Below are positions 60,054-64,000 of a DNA stretch of 64,000 nt, one piece after another. A program made the position numbers and the translations under genes. The stretch comes from Candidatus Latescibacterota bacterium. Its GTDB lineage: Bacteria > Latescibacterota > UBA2968 > UBA8231. The stretch covers positions 352,001 through 416,000 of the forward strand of contig CBDCXV010000002.1 in assembly GCA_965223905.1 (NCBI GenBank), given 5' to 3'. The number at the start of each line of letters is the position of its first letter. Position 1 is the stretch's first letter. The notes beneath the pieces are model-generated. The model was not told the origin of the DNA and searched no databases. It saw only the letters and a program-made list of their open reading frames with translations.

Positions 60054-60644
60054 CTAAGGAATTCTTAGGACCATACCAGTGCCCGTGAACATATCATCAT
60101 TCAGTCCGAATCCGGCCCGAATGTCCCACTGGAGATTTTCCGCCAGCAGCCAAGTGAGCCCCCCGTTGATATAGTGCTCAGTCTCCCGATACCACTCGGC
60201 ATACAGACCAATAGGGGCGCTAACCTTCATTCCTACCGCGATTGATTGAGCCCACCCCGTTCCCCGATTCACCTGTGAACTGCCTGCCAAGGATACCCTG
60301 TCGGTAAGGTCCCAACTGTAGACGAGATTCACTCCTGGTGAAGTGGGCAGGGTTATCTGTGGGATTACAGCGATGCCCGGAGTAAGGGCCAGCTTCATAC
60401 CCAGGTAGATATCCTCTGTCCTGCCAAGTCGGAGCTCCAACCAATCGGCCAGCACCCCGGCGCGAAGAAGGGGTTCTCCGAGGGAATGAGCCCAATCCCC
60501 GTCATGTGTGGCGGTGTATCCAAGCTCAATCTGTAGGATATTTCTACCGACAGCTTCTGCTGCTTCCGTGAAGTCCGGGCGATCTCCTACAAGCGGCTGT
60601 GCATACACTCCCCCTGCTGCTAATATCAGTAGTAATATCTTCAT
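60054..60644 (-). CDS. Short outer-membrane beta-barrel of the Phenol_MetA_deg 'transporter' type
   Basis: Signal peptide, DRPDFTE..AVG...QIELGY, LQWD..AGFGL. Confidence 0.65.
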   Translation of the reverse strand: MKILLLILAAGGVYAQPLVGDRPDFTEAAEAVGRNILQIELGYTATHDGDWAHSLGEPLLRAGVLADWLELRLGRTEDIYLGMKLALTPGIAVIPQITLPTSPGVNLVYSWDLTDRVSLAGSSQVNRGTGWAQSIAVGMKVSAPIGLYAEWYRETEHYINGGLTWLLAENLQWDIRAGFGLNDDMFTGTGMVLRIP

Positions 60645-60762
60645 CTTCTCCCTTTCAAAAGTATAACATATTCATCTACACTATTTATGCAACAGTCGCC
60701 CCTATTTATGGACTAATGTCACACTTCTGCTATCTTACTGATTTTCAGGAGGATAACAAGGA

Positions 60763-60969
60763 ATGGATATATATAACGATTACACCCCTCGTAACCGCTT
60801 GCGGGATGGATGGCAGGAGGATCTATTCAGCAGATTCGGAAACGCCGGTTTTCCCAGGGAGAACGATGTCGTCAAGGTTGCCCCCAGAACGCTTGAAGCT
60901 TTCCTTCTCGAATACGACAAGCGTGTTAAGGTGCTCCTCGATGAGCGAAAGAGAATTCGCAATCTCTAA
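60763..60969 (+). CDS. Small hypothetical protein (antisense overlap with 60823-61107)
   Basis: AGGAGG/AAGGA upstream of the ATG; charged helical sequence. Confidence 0.4.
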   Translation: MDIYNDYTPRNRLRDGWQEDLFSRFGNAGFPRENDVVKVAPRTLEAFLLEYDKRVKVLLDERKRIRNL

Positions 60970-61107
60970 GGATACCTCTAACTGTCGAGCTTGCACCCAG
61001 TAAGCAGCTTCCTTTGGACCACCTTTGACCTTTTGAGAGTGGTTTCTAAGTGCTTCTATAGCTTTCCGGTCAAGCTTCTTATTTTTTTCTTCTCTGCTTC
61101 GTGCCAT
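60823..61107 (-). CDS. Small hypothetical protein
   Basis: Strong RBS AAAGGAGGT upstream of the ATG. Confidence 0.55.
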   Translation of the reverse strand: MARSREEKNKKLDRKAIEALRNHSQKVKGGPKEAAYWVQARQLEVSLEIANSLSLIEEHLNTLVVFEKESFKRSGGNLDDIVLPGKTGVSESAE

Positions 61108-61195
61108 CCTATTACCTCCTTTGAGGGGTATAATAGGGAAGGAAAATCAGAAAAGCAAGGTGATATAACGTAGCGTTACACCACCCTACCCTTCC

Positions 61196-61732
61196 TTACG
61201 GACAGATATCGTCGTTTCCGTCCTGGACAACTGTCGGGGTATCAGCAGCTCCCGATTCTGCATGCGGAACCCAGCCGGTGAATCCAGGAGTAGCGGCCAG
61301 ACGGACATCCCGCACTTCCCCAGGGGCAAGGTCAGCCCGAGGGGTAGGTCCAAGCTCGATACCGTTGCTAAGGTGCACTTCAACACGAACGTCACGTATG
61401 ACGGCATCAGTGACGTTCTCAACGGTCCCGACAAATGCCTCTTCGTCAGGGTCCCAAATCATGAACAGATAGACACCGTTACGAAGACCATCATATCCCT
61501 CGTCAAGGGCAAGCTCCAGTCCGCTTTCCTCTCCGACGCCTGGCCCGCCTTCGCCACCTTCGCCGGAGTGCTCCCCACCCTCCCCACCTTCTCCACCTTC
61601 ACCGCCTTCTCCGGAATGCTCTCCTTCCTGGAGGATCTTACCAGAATCGCAAAGGTCGTGCGTCGTTGACGACATTGGCTGCTCTGAACATCCCCAAATC
61701 GTCATAAGTGCAACTGCGAGAATGACATACAT
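61196..61732 (-). CDS. Lipoprotein with a Gly/Glu/His repeat linker and an Ig-like domain
   Basis: IWGC lipobox; EHSGEGGEGG repeats; GTVENVT..VRVEVHL..DLAPGE. Confidence 0.7.
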   Translation of the reverse strand: MYVILAVALMTIWGCSEQPMSSTTHDLCDSGKILQEGEHSGEGGEGGEGGEGGEHSGEGGEGGPGVGEESGLELALDEGYDGLRNGVYLFMIWDPDEEAFVGTVENVTDAVIRDVRVEVHLSNGIELGPTPRADLAPGEVRDVRLAATPGFTGWVPHAESGAADTPTVVQDGNDDICP

Positions 61733-61795
61733 GCCAATTCTCCTCTGGTTATGGGGGTTTACAGCATATGACTATTCAGAACTGGACAGGTTCCC

Positions 61796-61835
61796 TCCTT
61801 TCGTAATTAGTGTGGTATAACATGTTATACCACAT
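61796..61835. repeat. Palindromic element, copy 2, containing the perfect 24-bp palindrome TGTGGTATAACATGTTATACCACA
   Basis: Read directly; shares the TCCTTTCGTAATT flank with copy 1. Confidence 0.85.
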
Positions 61836-61932
61836 AACCCGCCTAATTAGCTGAAATTCCGCGAAACTACCCCCGACGCTGGTATAACGCAGTGAAGAAG
61901 GAAAGTTTCTCTCCTAAACCAAGGGGGAAAAT

Positions 61933-62967
61933 ATGGGAGAAAAGCGGTTTTTGGGTAAGTGGAGCGGACGTGGAAAGAAGCGCCGGCAGAAGCGTATTAC
62001 CCTGTTGGAGATAGTGCATATGTTCCCCGATGCCCGCACGGCGGAAAGCTGGTTTGAAGCGTTGCGTTGGGGTGACGGTATGTATTGTCCTCGTTGCGGC
62101 TGTGATGCTGACAGTATATCCGAGTGTCCGCGCCGGCGACCGCAGCCGTATTGGTGTAAGGATTGCCGAAGGCGTTTCAGTGTCCGCACCGGAACGACGT
62201 TAGAAGCGTCTAAGGTCCCACTGCACAAGTGGGCAATAGCGATCTACCTGCACGTTACCAGCACGAAAGGTATCAGCAGTGCCCGCCTTTGCCGGGATCT
62301 TGGGGTAAGGCAGCATACGGCTTGGTTCATGTTGCATCGCATACGGGAAGCATGGAGCGATCAGCCATCGCTACGCAGCAGTGAGGCAGAGATTGACGAG
62401 GCATACTTTGGCGGCAAGGAGAAGAATAAGCATAAGGATAGGCGCCTGGGGCGCCGCTGGATGGATGGCAAGCGTATCGCCGTTGGCATCAAGGACCGCA
62501 AGACTGGCAAGATACGTGCAGAGGTATTACCGCCAGGCTCGGACATTCATGACAACATGCCCCCCAGTATGGACAGGTCCGACGACAGCAGCCTACGGGC
62601 CTTTGTCCGGGACAACCTCCGTATCCGGGGAATCCTCTACAGCGACGGCGCCGAAGCGTATAAGGACTTCCCCTGGCTCGGTAAGCATGTTGCCGTTAGA
62701 CACAGCAAGGGAGAGCATGCCAAACCAAGACGCAAGGGGCGCAAGTTAGTTGCCCACACTAACGGCATAGAATCGTTTTGGGCATCCGTCAAGCGAGCCT
62801 ATCACGGCACCTTCCACCAGATATCCCCGAAGCACCTACAGCGATACCTGGATGAGTTTTGCGCCCGGCACAATATCCGCGATAAGGATACGATAGAGCA
62901 GATGCGGGAGTGTGTGCGGCAGATGTATAACAAGCGGTTGACGTATAAGGATCTTGTTGGCAAGTAA
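61933..62967 (+). mobile_element. IS1595-family (ISXO2-like) DDE transposase
   Basis: CPRCG..CKDC Zn ribbon, KGISS..L.R.LGV...TAWFM.HRIR, EIDEAYFGG, SDG..AY, HTNGIESFW, YLDEF..R.N; terminal IRs not identified. Confidence 0.9.
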
Positions 62968-63017
62968 TTGTTGGTGAACACCAACAATGTTGTGGAGGTA
63001 GATGTTCGTCTTAGTCA

Positions 63018-63050
63018 GATACCCCCGGTGCTTTCCTGGCCGGGGGTATC
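63018..63050. terminator. Hairpin between convergent genes (likely bidirectional terminator)
   Basis: 11-bp stem GATACCCCCGG / CCGGGGGTATC. Confidence 0.6.
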
Positions 63051-63072
63051 ATTATGTCACGCTTGGAGTGGG

Positions 63073-63732
63073 TTAGGTGGAAGGTGGCGAGGCTGGAGCT
63101 TTGTTCGCTTTCTTTCGATTGTCTTCAACGAGCTTGGGTAACGTAAAACTATACGTTAAAAACACTTCCGTAAATACTTGTAACTGTCTTGTAGTATCTT
63201 CGTTGGCATCTTCGTTGTGAGCGGCTTCATTGCCATCAAGTCTAATAATATCAGCCCAATCTTTCATTGATGGTGTTATCATATGATTTTTGGATAAGTC
63301 ATCAATCCTGTCGATTAGCCTCGATTTCTTTGACAATGAACTATCTATCTCTACAGTAGCACGGTCGAGAACTTTACGAAACATCATAGCCGCGCTTGTA
63401 TAGCTTTTCCTTTTGAGATTATCTACAGCTTCTACATAATTATTGGCAATTGGTTTAGGGGTAGAATTTGGAGCTTCTACAGATTCAAACTGTGGATACA
63501 TTCCTATAATTGTGAATTTTTCATCGGTAGGATTTCCAGAGCACTTCATAGGTTTTTTATCGTCATCCAATATACGTAAACAAACCACAGTTATATTTCT
63601 GCAATTCCTACACTGGAAAAAAGAATTCCATCGATAGTCATAATATGAAGAATGAGTAAGACTTTCGCCCACACATGTATGTCCAAGATTAATCCCTTTG
63701 CAATGGGGACAATTTAATACCATTTCTGCCAT
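63073..63732 (-). CDS. Zn-ribbon plus DUF4145 (HEPN-like) protein
   Basis: CPHC..CRNC; SAAMMFRK.LD; L..RID.L; IRLDGNEAAH (RxxxxxxH-like). Confidence 0.8.
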   Translation of the reverse strand: MAEMVLNCPHCKGINLGHTCVGESLTHSSYYDYRWNSFFQCRNCRNITVVCLRILDDDKKPMKCSGNPTDEKFTIIGMYPQFESVEAPNSTPKPIANNYVEAVDNLKRKSYTSAAMMFRKVLDRATVEIDSSLSKKSRLIDRIDDLSKNHMITPSMKDWADIIRLDGNEAAHNEDANEDTTRQLQVFTEVFLTYSFTLPKLVEDNRKKANKAPASPPST

Positions 63733-63762
63733 AATTTATTCTCTCAGAATTAAAAGGGCGGC

Positions 63763-63996
63763 CTATTCCCCAGAGGGAACTGTCTTAGTTGTATGAATAC
63801 TTCGATCCTCGATATGTCGATGAACCTTCTTATCCAGGTTTTTAATCTGCTTACTGATATTCTTGTGAGCCTTTCTGGATTCTTTCTTTGTGCGGCGCAA
63901 GTCTTCTTTCAAGTTATTGCTCACACTTCTGAGATACAAAGCTATCAATCCACCAGTTATTGCACTGGTAAAAGTAATATATCCAGGAACTACCAA
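63763..63996 (-). CDS. Small membrane protein with a basic coiled coil (phage-like); may start beyond the window
   Basis: One TM segment followed by a K/R-rich helix. Confidence 0.45.
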   Translation of the reverse strand: MVVPGYITFTSAITGGLIALYLRSVSNNLKEDLRRTKKESRKAHKNISKQIKNLDKKVHRHIEDRSIHTTKTVPSGE

Positions 63997-64000
63997 GTCA

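Noticed and set aside
58030-61890. Recurrent TATAAC hexamers as a cassette recombination motif
   Set aside because: Mostly explained as overlapping -10 promoter elements of minus-strand genes in AT-rich DNA; only the two long palindromes were kept.
1-64000. CRISPR array, integron attC array, rRNA or tRNA genes
   Set aside because: No regularly spaced repeats, cas or intI gene, or cloverleaf recognised by eye; a covariance-model scan was not possible.

Overview
Bacterial chromosome window of mixed composition. Protein features (PorV-like barrel, T9SS/FlgD-type C-terminal domain, C-terminal [TS]WGx[IV]K tails, DFxxDGxV..DFFLFADAFG motif, several PhyH paralogs, TPR/NHL/Kelch/WD40 repeats, IS1595) suggest an FCB-group-like lineage such as Latescibacterota/Gemmatimonadota or a Poribacteria-like symbiont; this is inference only. 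Layout: (1) 1-4113 sugar kinase, HAD hydrolase, galU and a larA-family gene. (2) 4146-16533 a co-oriented envelope cluster of lipoproteins, WG-tail proteins, a PorV-like barrel, a 1081-aa TPR protein, ExbB/ExbD and DUF4159, closed by a terminator. (3) 17-48 kb mostly high-GC catabolic genes: PLP enzymes, enolase-superfamily dehydratases, three PhyH-type dioxygenases with HGG in place of HxD, a sialidase-like protein, a TRAP transporter and ribokinase, plus a frameshifted M6-protease/WD40/CTD gene flanked by 19-bp direct repeats. (4) 48.4-58 kb a defence island built on a type I restriction-modification locus. It has no intact hsdM, its HsdR carries a C-terminal LexA-like S24 domain, and it holds embedded cargo (PIN toxin pair, Abi_C remnant, possible ART-like pair). 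(5) 58-64 kb a low-GC mobile or phage-like region with a TIR pair, two DUF4145 genes, an IS1595 transposase and two copies of a palindromic element of about 40 bp. No rRNA, tRNA or CRISPR array was recognised. All family calls come from motif recognition by eye, with no database search. Several single-base frameshifts may be sequencing errors.
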